In this document: positions 11,001 to 19,577 of the stretch, piece after piece
Numbering within the stretch: position 1 is the stretch's first letter
How the letters are laid out: each line of letters begins with the position of its first letter
Source of the DNA: Acidobacteriota bacterium
GTDB lineage: Bacteria; Acidobacteriota; UBA6911; RPQK01; CBDAPI01
NCBI GenBank assembly: GCA_965249245.1
Contig: CBDFLV010000004.1
Coordinates: forward strand, 95,189 to 159,188
Reading direction: 5' to 3'
DNA length: 64,000 nt
Made by a program: the position numbers and the translations under genes
Notes under the pieces: model-generated
What the model was told of the DNA's origin: nothing
What the model saw: the letters and a program-made list of their open reading frames with translations, nothing else
Database searches by the model: none

Positions 11001-11700
11001 AGCTCCCTGTCAAACGGTGGCTGCTCATCACCCAGTATTACGCGCCCGAAATTGGAGCACCCCAGATCCGTCTGCGCTGCCTGGTTCGCGAGCTTCGACG
11101 CCTGGGCATCGAAGTCGATGTATTGACTTCAATGCCCAACTACCCGACCGGTGAAATATTCGGGGACTACCGTGGCAAAGTCCATTTGCGTGAGAAAATC
11201 GACGGTGCTTCGGTCACACGCGTATGGATTTATGCCGGAAACGGCAGATCGGCGCTGATCAGGCTGATGAACTATCTGAGCTTTACTCTGACGGCAGCAC
11301 CCCTGGCCCTGTTGGGGCCTCGTTACGAGGCGGTCTTGTATTGAGGGGCAACCTCTGTCACTTGGCATGATTGGCCTCCTGACAAAGTGTCTGCGCGGAG
11401 TGCCCTATATTTTCAACGTGCCGGATCTGCAAGTTGACGTCGCAAGGCAGCTGGGGTTCATACGGCGGCCATCCTTTCTGTCGCTGGCCCTTGGGCTGGA
11501 GAACTTCCTGATGCTGACCCTGGCTCAACACTTATGGCGAGATGCACTAGCCCGGCTACGGTTGTAGACGAGTCGCTGGACGCCATAATGGAGAAGGATC
11601 TTCAGGGTGAGGTGTTTGTCGAAAACTGCATCTGGCGCACTCGGCCGCTCCGATCACTGCTGTCGGTCAATACTGGCCCCAGGAACTGTTATATAGCGCA
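10997..11700 (+). pseudogene. Family-4 glycosyltransferase (WcaI-like), N-terminal domain only, broken into at least 3 reading frames (10997-11344, 11367-11567, 11534-~11700); catalytic C-terminal half absent
   Basis: Fragment 1 ITQYYAPEIGAPQIRLRCLVRELRRLGIEVDVLTSMPNYPTGEIF (GT4 N-domain); fragment 2 VPYIFNVPDLQVDVARQLGFIRRPSFLSLALGLENFLM; fragment 3 ATVVDESLDAIMEKDLQGEVFVENCIW; stops/frameshifts between them; downstream space taken by an opposite-strand gene. Confidence 0.6.
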
Positions 11701-11829
11701 AGGCCTCGTATCCTGCGGGCCACCAGAGAGATTCCATTCGTTGCCACGGAAAATCCGGAACCGCTTGAGCGAGCGCCCACCCAGACTGCATAAAGAGTGG
11801 GAACAGCTCTGGGATCGACTCGCACAAGA

Positions 11830-12735
11830 TCAAATCAGTTCTTCGTCACCCACCTCTCGAATCCACCTCCGCGTCCACTCGACTGACTTGAGTTCCAGAT
11901 CACAAATACAGCTGGCGAGAAAAACCATGCCGTTAATACGACCTTGTCGAAGCCATTCAAGACCCTTCTCGCATTGGCGCGCCATGGTAGTGGTTGCCAT
12001 GGGCTCTCTTGCGCCGTAGTTCCACATGTAGCACCCCAGCACTCGCTGTTTGCCCGGGGCCAGTCTCTCCATCTTTTCAAAATTAGATTCGAGTTTGGTT
12101 AGATTGCGGGCTTCCCACGTCCAGAAAGTGACAACGTCGCAATGCTCCAAATGGGCTGAGACTGGCGCATCCAGTTGATGGTCGTAGAGAACTACCCAAA
12201 GGTCGAGCTGCCTCTGGCCCTGTTTCAGGTGGTTTTGAAACCGCCTGAGTTCATCGGCTGTAAGGGCTGCAACGTGTGAGTCACCCTCGGAGTTGAAGAA
12301 ATCGTCCATCATGACACCACTGAGGTTGGGAGTTATGGACGCCATGCTGAGAACCTCCTCCCTCTCGCTCTGGTCGGTCGCCCCCTCGGCACCAACTACG
12401 GACCAGACGATCTCCCGAAGAGCACGAAAAGGCAGGGCGTACCGGCGGAACGGCGGCTTGGGACGTCCCTCGTATCGAACCATGATCACGTTCGGTATCG
12501 ACATGTAGAACGCCGCTTCCACGGGCGTGATCCGTGAACCCTCCTCCAATCCCCAACCGCGGTCGTGGCTGCCAACCGCATGTCCCCACAGCCAAAAGCG
12601 ATCGCGAACACTGCGCGGCGCCGCCATACTTTCGCGACCTTCAACAGGTGTGGCTGTAGCGGCACCGGCGCTGAAAGTGGCTGCAACCTTCTCGAAGTCG
12701 CGACGGTAAACTGTGTCCGGATCATTCTTCTTCAT
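11830..12735 (-). CDS. Hypothetical protein (~300 aa), possibly an EPS-associated TIM-barrel glycosyl hydrolase-like protein; start assumed at internal MKKNDPD
   Basis: 317-aa ORF 11830..12783 with protein-like composition; no recognisable motif; sits in the decayed EPS locus. Confidence 0.45.
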   Translation of the reverse strand: MKKNDPDTVYRRDFEKVAATFSAGAATATPVEGRESMAAPRSVRDRFWLWGHAVGSHDRGWGLEEGSRITPVEAAFYMSIPNVIMVRYEGRPKPPFRRYALPFRALREIVWSVVGAEGATDQSEREEVLSMASITPNLSGVMMDDFFNSEGDSHVAALTADELRRFQNHLKQGQRQLDLWVVLYDHQLDAPVSAHLEHCDVVTFWTWEARNLTKLESNFEKMERLAPGKQRVLGCYMWNYGAREPMATTTMARQCEKGLEWLRQGRINGMVFLASCICDLELKSVEWTRRWIREVGDEELI

Positions 12736-13035
12736 TTTCCTAATCCTCAAACCTGTTTGTAGTGATTGAGTTGCGACGACCAAGCATGATACCGCTGAAC
12801 AACCCTACGATGAACAGCCGCCCTCGGAAGAACCGACATAAGCTTTTATTTATCAGTAACTTAACCATAACCTGTCGTTCAGGAAACACCTCGCAGCCTC
12901 GCCTGTGTTTGTCAATAGCCTCAATTATTTCAAACGAAAAGCGATCAATAGCGACAGCTAAGGCGGCACGCCGCAATAGTGTTTCAGGCTGGCGCCGGGT
13001 TGTGAAGTGGTACGATATCTTGTACAATAGACGCT

Positions 13036-13317
13036 ATGCCACGAGTGACGACTTACACCGATGCCCGCGCTCATCTGAAGGTGTACTGTGACGAGGTAGC
13101 TGAGAGCGGTGAACCCCTTATCATCAAACGTCGACGCGGCGCCGACGTGGCGCTTGTCAGCCTCGACGAACTGGTTAGTCTTGAAGAGACGGCTCACCTC
13201 CTCCGGTCTCCGAAAACCGCCCGGCGCCTCTTCGAGTCCCTGCAAGAGGTTCGTTCCGGTGGAGGTGTCCCGATAACCGTCCAGGAGCTGCAAAAAAAGT
13301 TCGCTTTGGATGAATGA
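13036..13317 (+). CDS. yefM: Type II antitoxin YefM (Phd/YefM family)
   Basis: 93 aa MPRVTTYTDARAHLKVYCDEVAESGEPLIIKRRRGADVALVSLDELVSLEETAHLLRSPKTARRL; TTGTACAA palindrome at ~13008 in the promoter; 8-nt overlap with yoeB. Confidence 0.9.
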   Translation: MPRVTTYTDARAHLKVYCDEVAESGEPLIIKRRRGADVALVSLDELVSLEETAHLLRSPKTARRLFESLQEVRSGGGVPITVQELQKKFALDE

Positions 13318-13573
13318 GCCCCGAGCGGTCTTCTCCACCCACTTCATCGAAGACCTCGAATACTGGGTACGAACTGACCGAAAGACCGCACTTCGCCTCT
13401 TGCGGATCATTCAATCCAGTGTGCGTGACCCACTGGGGGGGATCGCGAAACCAGAACCCCTGCGAGGGCAGCTTTCCGGACTCTGGTCTCGGCGGCTGAC
13501 CCAGGAACACCGGATTGTTTACGAGCCCTCCGGCGACGTCGTACGTTTCCTCCAGGCCCGCTACCACTATTAG
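13310..13573 (+). CDS. yoeB: Type II toxin YoeB (RelE/ParE superfamily mRNA interferase)
   Basis: 87 aa; LEYWVRTDRKTALRLLRIIQSSVRDPLGGIAKPEPLRGQLSGLWSRRLTQEHRIVYEPSGDVVRFLQARYHY is near-canonical YoeB. Confidence 0.9.
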   Translation: MNEPRAVFSTHFIEDLEYWVRTDRKTALRLLRIIQSSVRDPLGGIAKPEPLRGQLSGLWSRRLTQEHRIVYEPSGDVVRFLQARYHY

Positions 13574-13598
13574 AGGAGGTCCCGATTATTAGTTCATA

Positions 13599-13658
13599 AT
13601 ATAATACTGTTTTGTATGATATTGCATATGAACTTTGAAAGCTTGTACAAGATTTCGG
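13599..13658 (+). repeat. Copy 1 of a ~60-bp repeat (~92% identical to 15367-15427): AbiEi promoter (-10-like TATAAT, ATATTGCATAT palindrome) plus first ~12 codons (MNFESLYKIS), followed by a degenerate AbiEii-like tail
   Basis: atataatactgttttgtatgatattgcatATGaactttgaaagcttgtacaagatttcgg vs copy at 15367; downstream frame reads GKVHALVKKH..., matching AbiEii motif AGKVHALVTRKYPKGRDWYDF. Confidence 0.7.
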
Positions 13659-13793
13659 GGTAAGGTCCATGCGCTGGTGAAAAAACATTTTGGTGCTCAG
13701 GGACCTCCGAACCGTCATCAAAGAAGGGGTTCCATCGCGGCAGTTTTCGGGAAATCGAGAGTCGAGGGAAGCACGAAAGGGAGGATCACCTTA

Positions 13794-14093
13794 CTAGGAG
13801 GTCGGCGAAGTGGCGAGTTCGTCCAAGTGCCGGGCGATCAACATCTTGATGAGGGACTGCCGGGGCACCCCTAACCTCGAAGCCTCACGATCGAGTGACT
13901 CGATCATCCACATTGGGAAGTCGACATTAACCCGTCGCTGCTGATGGCGAGGGCGTCGCGCCTTCGAAAGATCGAGATACTTGATGATTTCTGCGCCGGA
14001 GTCGAACTCCCTGTCAAGCTGACTTGCTTTAGCCCTCATATAGTTCCACTTCCTCTCTCCGAGATCGGCGAACCGAGATAATCCGGACATCTT
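13794..14093 (-). CDS. brnA: BrnA antitoxin (RHH/CopG-like) of BrnT/BrnA type II TA; start uncertain (14093 or 14042)
   Basis: DREFDSGAEIIKYLDLSKARRPRHQQRRVNVDFPMWMIESLDREASRLGVPRQSLIKMLIARHLDE fits BrnA family; overlaps brnT 3' end. Confidence 0.7.
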   Translation of the reverse strand, partial: KMSGLSRFADLGERKWNYMRAKASQLDREFDSGAEIIKYLDLSKARRPRHQQRRVNVDFPMWMIESLDREASRLGVPRQSLIKMLIARHLDELATSPTS

Positions 14094-14289
14094 CGCCTCG
14101 ATGAGTGATGATACCGGACCAGTGCAGATCTTCGATCTTTCCCACAATCAGGGCCCGCGGCTCGTCGGTAGTTCTGGCCGGGATTACAATCACATCCGGA
14201 TCGTTCCACAGCCTTTGGGCCTCGACAAAATCGATTCCGTGTTTCTTCTTGTTCGAGCGACTCTTACGAGCATCGAACTCGAACTGCAT
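14029..14289 (-). CDS. brnT: BrnT toxin (DUF497 ribonuclease) of BrnT/BrnA type II TA
   Basis: From internal Met: MQFEFDARKSRSNKKKHGIDFVEAQRLWNDPDVIVIPARTTDEPRALIVGKIEDLHWSGIITHRGEDVRIISVRRSRREEVELYE, canonical BrnT. Confidence 0.8.
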   Translation of the reverse strand: MQFEFDARKSRSNKKKHGIDFVEAQRLWNDPDVIVIPARTTDEPRALIVGKIEDLHWSGIITHRGEDVRIISVRRSRREEVELYEG

Positions 14290-14356
14290 GGTATAAAAAC
14301 TATACCTCAGAGATACAGTTGTCAAGAGCTGAAGTGACGGGTCGGCCGACGGTCCT

Positions 14357-15007
14357 TTAGTTCAATTCCTTCAGATAAATGTTCCTGAACCAGAGCGGCG
14401 GACCGTGATGCTCAAGGACAATCGGACCCGGGGACCGCTTGAACTCGGCGGCAAATCTGTCGATCACCAGCTGGTCATTGAGATGGACCGTCACCAGATC
14501 GTTTTCGAGGCTGATCTCAAAATGGTTCCACTCGCCCACCGGATGATCAGCCGTTCGCAGCGGTTTCCGCTCTTCGACGTTGTAGCCGACAATGCCACCC
14601 GACCCCAAGGGAGAAGAATAAGCTTCTGACGTTCTGTCCCAGATCTCCACTTGTACCTCCTCAAACTCGTGGTAATCCTCGTAGTCGGGTCGCAGCACGA
14701 TTCCACTGTTGCCACCTTTTGCGATCTTCCAATCGATCAGTAGAATGAAATCGTTGTACTCTTTTTCTGTGCGTAGATTTTGCGTGGAGATGGTGTCGGG
14801 CGCAGGCTTCCAGCCCTGACCGTCGTAGACAAGCAGACCGCTTTCCACCCGCCAGTTCCCGCTCCCGTCGTAGGTCCAACCGGTCAGATCGTGACCGTTG
14901 AAAAGCGATGTGAAGCCTTCGGGCGGGCCATCGGTGGAGACCGATCTACACCCCACCATCCCTGCCAGAACAGTGACCAGACAGAGCAACCTCAGCTTTC
15001 CCGTCAT
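14357..15007 (-). CDS. DUF1080 (3-keto-disaccharide hydrolase / LamG-like) lipoprotein; start at internal ATG 15005-15007
   Basis: Lipoprotein signal MTGKLRLLCLVTVLAGMVGC then DUF1080-like motifs (FNGHDLTGWTY..., GNSGIVLR, HFEISLENDLVTVHLNDQLV...FRNIYLKEL). Confidence 0.75.
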   Translation of the reverse strand: MTGKLRLLCLVTVLAGMVGCRSVSTDGPPEGFTSLFNGHDLTGWTYDGSGNWRVESGLLVYDGQGWKPAPDTISTQNLRTEKEYNDFILLIDWKIAKGGNSGIVLRPDYEDYHEFEEVQVEIWDRTSEAYSSPLGSGGIVGYNVEERKPLRTADHPVGEWNHFEISLENDLVTVHLNDQLVIDRFAAEFKRSPGPIVLEHHGPPLWFRNIYLKELN

Positions 15008-15100
15008 GAATTTTCCCCCTGTTATCGCTGGCAGCGATCCTCCGGTCTCTGACCAGAACACAAACCGGCTGCGACTATATCGAGAGGATGATCTAGTGGG

Positions 15101-15280
15101 GCGGCTTGCGTTCTCAAGGTGTTCGGCCCAGCGCCGATCGAGTTCGGCTTCCTGTTCAGGCGTCAATTCAAGCTCCCCTTCGCACTCCTTTTCACTAAGG
15201 CTCTCCCAGAGCACCATCGCAAGTTCGGCTCGCTCCTCGACCGGGAGTCTCAGCAGCCCCGAAATAGGCGTAGAAGTCAT
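15101..15280 (-). pseudogene. Addiction-module antitoxin-like segment (TIGR02574-type) fused in frame, with no stop codon, to the upstream end of the DUF1080 lipoprotein ORF; likely remnant with lost stop and lost partner toxin
   Basis: ORF 14357..15280 begins MTSTPISGLLRLPVEERAELAMVLWESLSEKECEGELELTPEQEAELDRRWAEHLENAS (pattern L.LP.EER.ELA..LW.SL....E....E...EL.RR.AE), then 30 low-complexity aa, then the lipoprotein signal peptide. Confidence 0.45.
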
Positions 15281-15366
15281 GTGTCTATCGTCTCATGCAT
15301 CGACAACCTACAGCAAATCGGTGCGAAGCCCTGCGTGTCTCTGGAGCGACCTGGACCTTGACCCGG

Positions 15367-15427
15367 ATATAATACTGTTTTGTAAAATATTGCATATGAA
15401 CTTCGAAAACCTTGTACAAGATTTCGG
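15367..15427 (+). promoter_or_regulatory. Copy 2 of the ~60-bp repeat: abiEi promoter/operator (TATAAT-like, ATATTGCATAT and CTTGTACAAG palindromes) and start codon; divergent from the lipoprotein/antitoxin-remnant gene ending at 15280
   Basis: atataatactgttttgtaaaatattgcatATGaacttcgaaaaccttgtacaagatttcgg; AbiEi proteins are known autorepressors binding inverted repeats in their own promoter. Confidence 0.55.
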
Positions 15428-16037
15428 TGCACAACCCTTCTTTGACCTCGCCTCGGTGGTGCAGCTTTCAGGAGAGGCTCGGGGAACCGTGCTCACACAG
15501 CTCCATCGATGGCGTCGTGGAGGAAAGATTCTTCCGCTGCGGCGCAGTATGTACACGCTCGCCGATCACTACAGGCGCAAACCCGTCAATCCAGCCATGC
15601 TCGCCAACAGCCTCTACCGCCCTTCCTACATAAGCGGGCTCTGGGCCCTGGGGTTCTACGGGCTGATTCCCGAACGCGTCGTAACCTACACATCCGTCAC
15701 GACCCGGGTTCCCCGTCGGTTCAAGAATGCGTTTGGCCATTTCGAATACCGGAACGTCAAACAGGGATTCTTCTTCGGATACCGGGTCGTTGTCATCCAG
15801 CAGGATACGGTTCTGCTCGCCGATCCGGAGAAAGCGCTGGTGGATCTGTGGCATCTCGGCCCGGGTCCGTGGTCAGCGGAGCGAATCAGCGCGATGCGAT
15901 TTCAGAATCAGGATGTCGTGGATACTGCAAAGCTCACGCAGTATGTGGAGACCTTCGATTCGCCCCGGCTGCGCAGGGCCGCCGAGGTCTGGATGGATGT
16001 CGCCCGGACAGAGCAGGAGGGGACGGTGCAACTGTGA
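15396..16037 (+). CDS. abiEi: AbiEi antitoxin / transcriptional regulator (type IV TA, AbiE system)
   Basis: MNFENLVQDFGAQPFFDLASVVQLSGEARGTVLTQLHRWRRGGKILPLRRSMYTLADH... (wHTH N-domain); ORF-track N-terminal extension (14898..) rejected; GTGA overlap with abiEii. Confidence 0.85.
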   Translation: MNFENLVQDFGAQPFFDLASVVQLSGEARGTVLTQLHRWRRGGKILPLRRSMYTLADHYRRKPVNPAMLANSLYRPSYISGLWALGFYGLIPERVVTYTSVTTRVPRRFKNAFGHFEYRNVKQGFFFGYRVVVIQQDTVLLADPEKALVDLWHLGPGPWSAERISAMRFQNQDVVDTAKLTQYVETFDSPRLRRAAEVWMDVARTEQEGTVQL

Positions 16038-16840
16038 AAGAGGAGGCTCTTTCTCTCGTCAGCGATGTCCCCGACCGCGCGCGTCGCTTGAATCTCCTTC
16101 GGGAGTACGTGCAGGCCTGTGTTCTGCGTTCACTGCACGAAAGTGAGGCGTTTCTGTCCCTCTCTTTCGTGGGCGGTTCGGCGCTTCGATTCCTTTTCAG
16201 CCTACCTCGCTTCTCGGAAGATCTGGATTTCTCTCTTGAGCGGGAAAAGGCTTATGCAGGAACCAGATGGATGCAGAAAGTCAAGAGGGACATGAGCCTG
16301 GCGGGATTTGACGTATCGCTGAATTGGAACGATCGAAAGACGGTCCACGTCGCGTGGATCCGGGTGGCCGGTCTGCTGCGTGAAGCCGGTTTGGCGGCGA
16401 TGGCGGATCAGAGGCTGTCGATCAAGATCGACATCGATACGCGCCCGCCTGCCGGAGCCGTCTGCAGGACGGAGTTGGTAAATCGCCATCGGATTCTGTC
16501 TCTGCAGCACCACGACCTCGCTTCTTTAATGGCGGGTAAGGTCCATGCGCTGGTCACACGAAAGTACCCGAAAGGGCGCGATTGGTATGACTTCATCTGG
16601 TATCGCGCCAGACGCCCGCCGGTCGAGCCGAACCTCGAACTGCTTCAGCATGCGCTGGACCAGACCCGGGGAGCGAACGACATCCAGGCATCCGCGTGGA
16701 AGCAGCTCATTCTCGATCACCTCAGCGATCTCCCCTGGGATACGCTTTCGGCAGATGTGGCTCCCTTTCTGGAGCGTCCGGAGGAGTCGAAGCTGATCAC
16801 GCCAGACTACATCCGGGCAACGCTCCAAACGGAAGCCTGA
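16034..16840 (+). CDS. abiEii: AbiEii toxin (DUF1814 nucleotidyltransferase) of the AbiE system; GTG start at 16034
   Basis: (M)KEEALSLVSDVPDRARRLNLLREYVQACVLRSLHESEAFLSLSFVGGSALRFLFSLPRFSEDLDFSLE... (NTase GSx10DxD motif region), LMAGKVHALVTRKYPKGRDWYDFIWY C-terminal motif. Confidence 0.85.
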   Translation: MKEEALSLVSDVPDRARRLNLLREYVQACVLRSLHESEAFLSLSFVGGSALRFLFSLPRFSEDLDFSLEREKAYAGTRWMQKVKRDMSLAGFDVSLNWNDRKTVHVAWIRVAGLLREAGLAAMADQRLSIKIDIDTRPPAGAVCRTELVNRHRILSLQHHDLASLMAGKVHALVTRKYPKGRDWYDFIWYRARRPPVEPNLELLQHALDQTRGANDIQASAWKQLILDHLSDLPWDTLSADVAPFLERPEESKLITPDYIRATLQTEA

Positions 16841-17029
16841 TCTGATGGATATCGGATGCGCCGCTACTACTACGTAGCATGAAGCATCAGGCGGGCAACC
16901 ATCAACATTGGCTTGCTCATCCTGCAAGGCGTGATCGCTGCCGCCCGCACCCCGCGCTGCTCACAACAGGGGATTCTCCCAGGGCATAGCAACACGCCTT
17001 CCCCGGTTCAGCTCCTGGTCAAGCCAAGA

Positions 17030-17782
17030 CTACACGTGGCCCGTTGACCTTCGCTCAGTTGTCGATACAAAGGGCATTGGATTATGATGTCCTAGCCCGG
17101 TAAGCTGAATTTCTCCGCTGAGCGTCTCAGAAGTCGGGTTGATGAGAAGGATCTGGGTGGAGAGGATTTCGCCGGCCCCGATTTGTGGGAAGAATAGCTT
17201 GAGAGGGCTCCCGGTCGGGGCCTGTTCGTCCCCCAGTTCGGCAACTGGAAGGTTGGCAAACAAAGGCTCACCGTGCCGGTTCGTGCCCTGGCGAATGGTC
17301 AGTGCGCCCACTCCCTCAGCGGCTCCGGTGTCGAAAGTCAGACTCCCGATGAAATCTTCCCCGAGAGGACCAAACAGATCGGAAGCAAAACGTGCCGTGT
17401 GCCGACCGGCGAGAAGTTGCAGCTGGGCTTCATCGACCATATTTCCGGCTGCATCCCGTAGCGTCAACGACGCCACGAGATCATTCCCGGAGGGGTTTGC
17501 CAGTGCCAGTCCAGTCGGGATCTGCCCGTCCACGAAAATTCGACCCCGACCGATGGGCTGGACGGCGGCGACACCTGCTTCCGTGACCAGCACACCTTCT
17601 TCATTGCGGAAAGCAAATAGTGCGGTCGCAACGGGAAGCGGAGCATCGTCCGACGAGATCATCCCGTAGCCGACTTGTAACGGAGACTGGGAATGAACGG
17701 TGGGGACCCCCATGGCAGTCACCAGCAGCGCCATCGCCAGCACCGTCCCGCCACCCGGAGAGCACGATCGAAACATAGTCAC
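17030..17782 (-). CDS. Secreted hypothetical protein (signal peptide; Gly/Leu-rich, possible internal duplication)
   Basis: 250 aa, N-terminal MTMFRSCSPGGGTVLAMALLVTAMGVPTVHSQSP; no recognisable domain. Confidence 0.5.
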   Translation of the reverse strand: MTMFRSCSPGGGTVLAMALLVTAMGVPTVHSQSPLQVGYGMISSDDAPLPVATALFAFRNEEGVLVTEAGVAAVQPIGRGRIFVDGQIPTGLALANPSGNDLVASLTLRDAAGNMVDEAQLQLLAGRHTARFASDLFGPLGEDFIGSLTFDTGAAEGVGALTIRQGTNRHGEPLFANLPVAELGDEQAPTGSPLKLFFPQIGAGEILSTQILLINPTSETLSGEIQLTGLGHHNPMPFVSTTERRSTGHV

Positions 17783-18081
17783 GTCCTTGAAGGTCGGAAC
17801 CCCCCGATTCTGGCCGCTCAGCCGGAAACCTCAAAACAACCATGCGATATTGAACGGACACAAAGTTCAGGTGCACGGCAATTCCTGGCAGGAAGGGATG
17901 GCCAGACTTCGCAAGCAGGCCGAGTGGCTGCGGGATCCATACCCCGATGCAGCGGCTAGCATTAGATTCCGAATTCAACGGGGGGCTCACGCCCTCCCGT
18001 TCTGTTGTCCCTCTGTGCCAATAATGGTGAGACACTTCTTCCCCACTAAATTAGACTAGGGGGCGAGAAGCTGGATTACGA

Positions 18082-18579
18082 ATGATAGAAAACAGAAGCG
18101 ACAACAAATTGAGGATTTTGGAAACCTCGGAGCGAAGTGGAGAGGTCTCCAAAACCGCTGCGGAAAGGACCGAGTCCGACAAGGCTCTTCCTAGACCCAA
18201 TCCGGAAATTGCAGCCAAGGCAACCCGGCGCCGGTTTTCAGCCCGCTATAAGCTCAGGATCCTGGAGCAGGCCGATGGCTGTGAGTTCGGCGAAGTGGCA
18301 GCCTTGCTGCGCCGGGAAGGGCTTTACTGGTCGAATCTTCAGGACTGGCGACGACAACGCGAGGAAGGAACTTTGCAGGCACTGACCCCTCGCAAGCGAG
18401 GGCGCAAATCGAAGCCGGTCAATCCTCTGGATCATCAACTGAGGCAAGTGCAGGCTGAGAATCGGAAGCTGAAACGCAAGCTCGAGAAGGCGGAGATCAT
18501 GCTGGATATCCAAAAAAAAGTCTCGCATCTATTGGGAATCTCTCTGGAGAGCAGCAGCGAGAACGAAGACGAGAGCTGA
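18082..18579 (+). CDS. IS3-family transposase OrfA (HTH + leucine zipper)
   Basis: 165 aa; RRRFSARYKLRILEQADGCEFGEVAALLRREGLYWSNLQDWRRQ...; leucine zipper QLRQVQAENRKLKRKLEKAEIMLDIQKK. Confidence 0.9.
   Translation: MIENRSDNKLRILETSERSGEVSKTAAERTESDKALPRPNPEIAAKATRRRFSARYKLRILEQADGCEFGEVAALLRREGLYWSNLQDWRRQREEGTLQALTPRKRGRKSKPVNPLDHQLRQVQAENRKLKRKLEKAEIMLDIQKKVSHLLGISLESSSENEDES
18513..18519 (+). other. Programmed -1 ribosomal frameshift slippery heptamer A_AAA_AAA (orfA frame CAA AAA AAA GTC) giving OrfAB transposase
   Basis: 8-A run ccaaaaaaaagtc ~60 nt before orfA stop; orfB (18579..) is in the -1 frame relative to orfA. Confidence 0.7.
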
Positions 18580-19577
18580 TGGACAAAGCGTTGCGTTTCT
18601 CGGAAACTCACGGCATTCGTGTGGGCTCGCAGGCGCTGGGTTTGCCACCGTCAAGCCTCTATCGGGAAAAACGACGGCGGGAACAGCCGGCGGTTGAAGC
18701 TCGACCTCGGCCGACATCTCCTCGAGCCTTGAGCCCACCCGAAAGGGAGGCCGTTGTGGAGGTTCTGCACAGCCGGCAGTTTATCGACAAAGCTCCTGCC
18801 GCCGTATGGGCGGAGCTGCTGGATGAAGGGCGGTACTTGTGCTCGATCCGAACCATGTACCGCATTCTGGCCGAACGTTTGGAAGTTAGAGAACGCCGTC
18901 GCCAGCGCCGCCATCCCCACTACTCAAAGCCGGAACTTCTGGCCACCGGCCCAAACCAATGCTGGTCATGGGACATCACCAAGCTGAAGGGGCCCGTCAA
19001 ATGGAGCTATTACTACCTCTACGTGATCCTGGACATCTTCAGCCGCTATGTGGTGGGCTGGATGGTGGCCACCCAGGAAAGCTCACGCCTGGCCAAGGTC
19101 TTGATCGCCCAGAGCTGCTCCAAGCAGGAGATCGTAGCGGGTGATCTCACTCTGCATGCCGATCGTGGCTCGTCGATGAGTTCCAAGGCACTGGCCTTGC
19201 TACTGGCCGATCTGGGAGTCACCAAGTCTCACTCTCGGCCTCATGTCTGTGACGACAATCCCTACTCGGAATCCCAATTCAAGACCCTCAAGTACCGTCC
19301 AGAATTCCCGGCTCGTTTCGGCACCATTCAGCAAGCCAGAGACTTCTGTCGGGATTTCTTCGATTGGTATAACCGCGACCATCGCCATTCGGGTATTGGC
19401 CTGCACACTCCCGAGGACGTGCACTATCGCTCCGCCCTCGCCACACGTCGCAATCGTGCCCACGTGTTGGAGGCCGCCCATGCACTCTTCCCGGAGAGAT
19501 TTCCCAACGGCAAACCCGTTCCGCCACCTCTTCCCGAGGCCGTCTGGATCAACCCTCCCGAAAAGGAGAACTCTTGA
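18579..19577 (+). CDS. IS3-family transposase OrfB (DDE integrase core, rve)
   Basis: 332 aa; ...NQCWSWDITKL..., ...LHADRGSSMSS..., DDNPYSESQFKTLK... Confidence 0.9.
   Translation: MDKALRFSETHGIRVGSQALGLPPSSLYREKRRREQPAVEARPRPTSPRALSPPEREAVVEVLHSRQFIDKAPAAVWAELLDEGRYLCSIRTMYRILAERLEVRERRRQRRHPHYSKPELLATGPNQCWSWDITKLKGPVKWSYYYLYVILDIFSRYVVGWMVATQESSRLAKVLIAQSCSKQEIVAGDLTLHADRGSSMSSKALALLLADLGVTKSHSRPHVCDDNPYSESQFKTLKYRPEFPARFGTIQQARDFCRDFFDWYNRDHRHSGIGLHTPEDVHYRSALATRRNRAHVLEAAHALFPERFPNGKPVPPPLPEAVWINPPEKENS

Noticed and set aside
14898-16840. ORF-track starts 14898 (379 aa) and 15509 (443 aa) for the AbiE genes
   Set aside because: The N-terminal extensions overlap the opposite-strand lipoprotein gene or run in a second frame through abiEi. 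Family alignment supports ATG ~15396 for abiEi and GTG 16034 for abiEii
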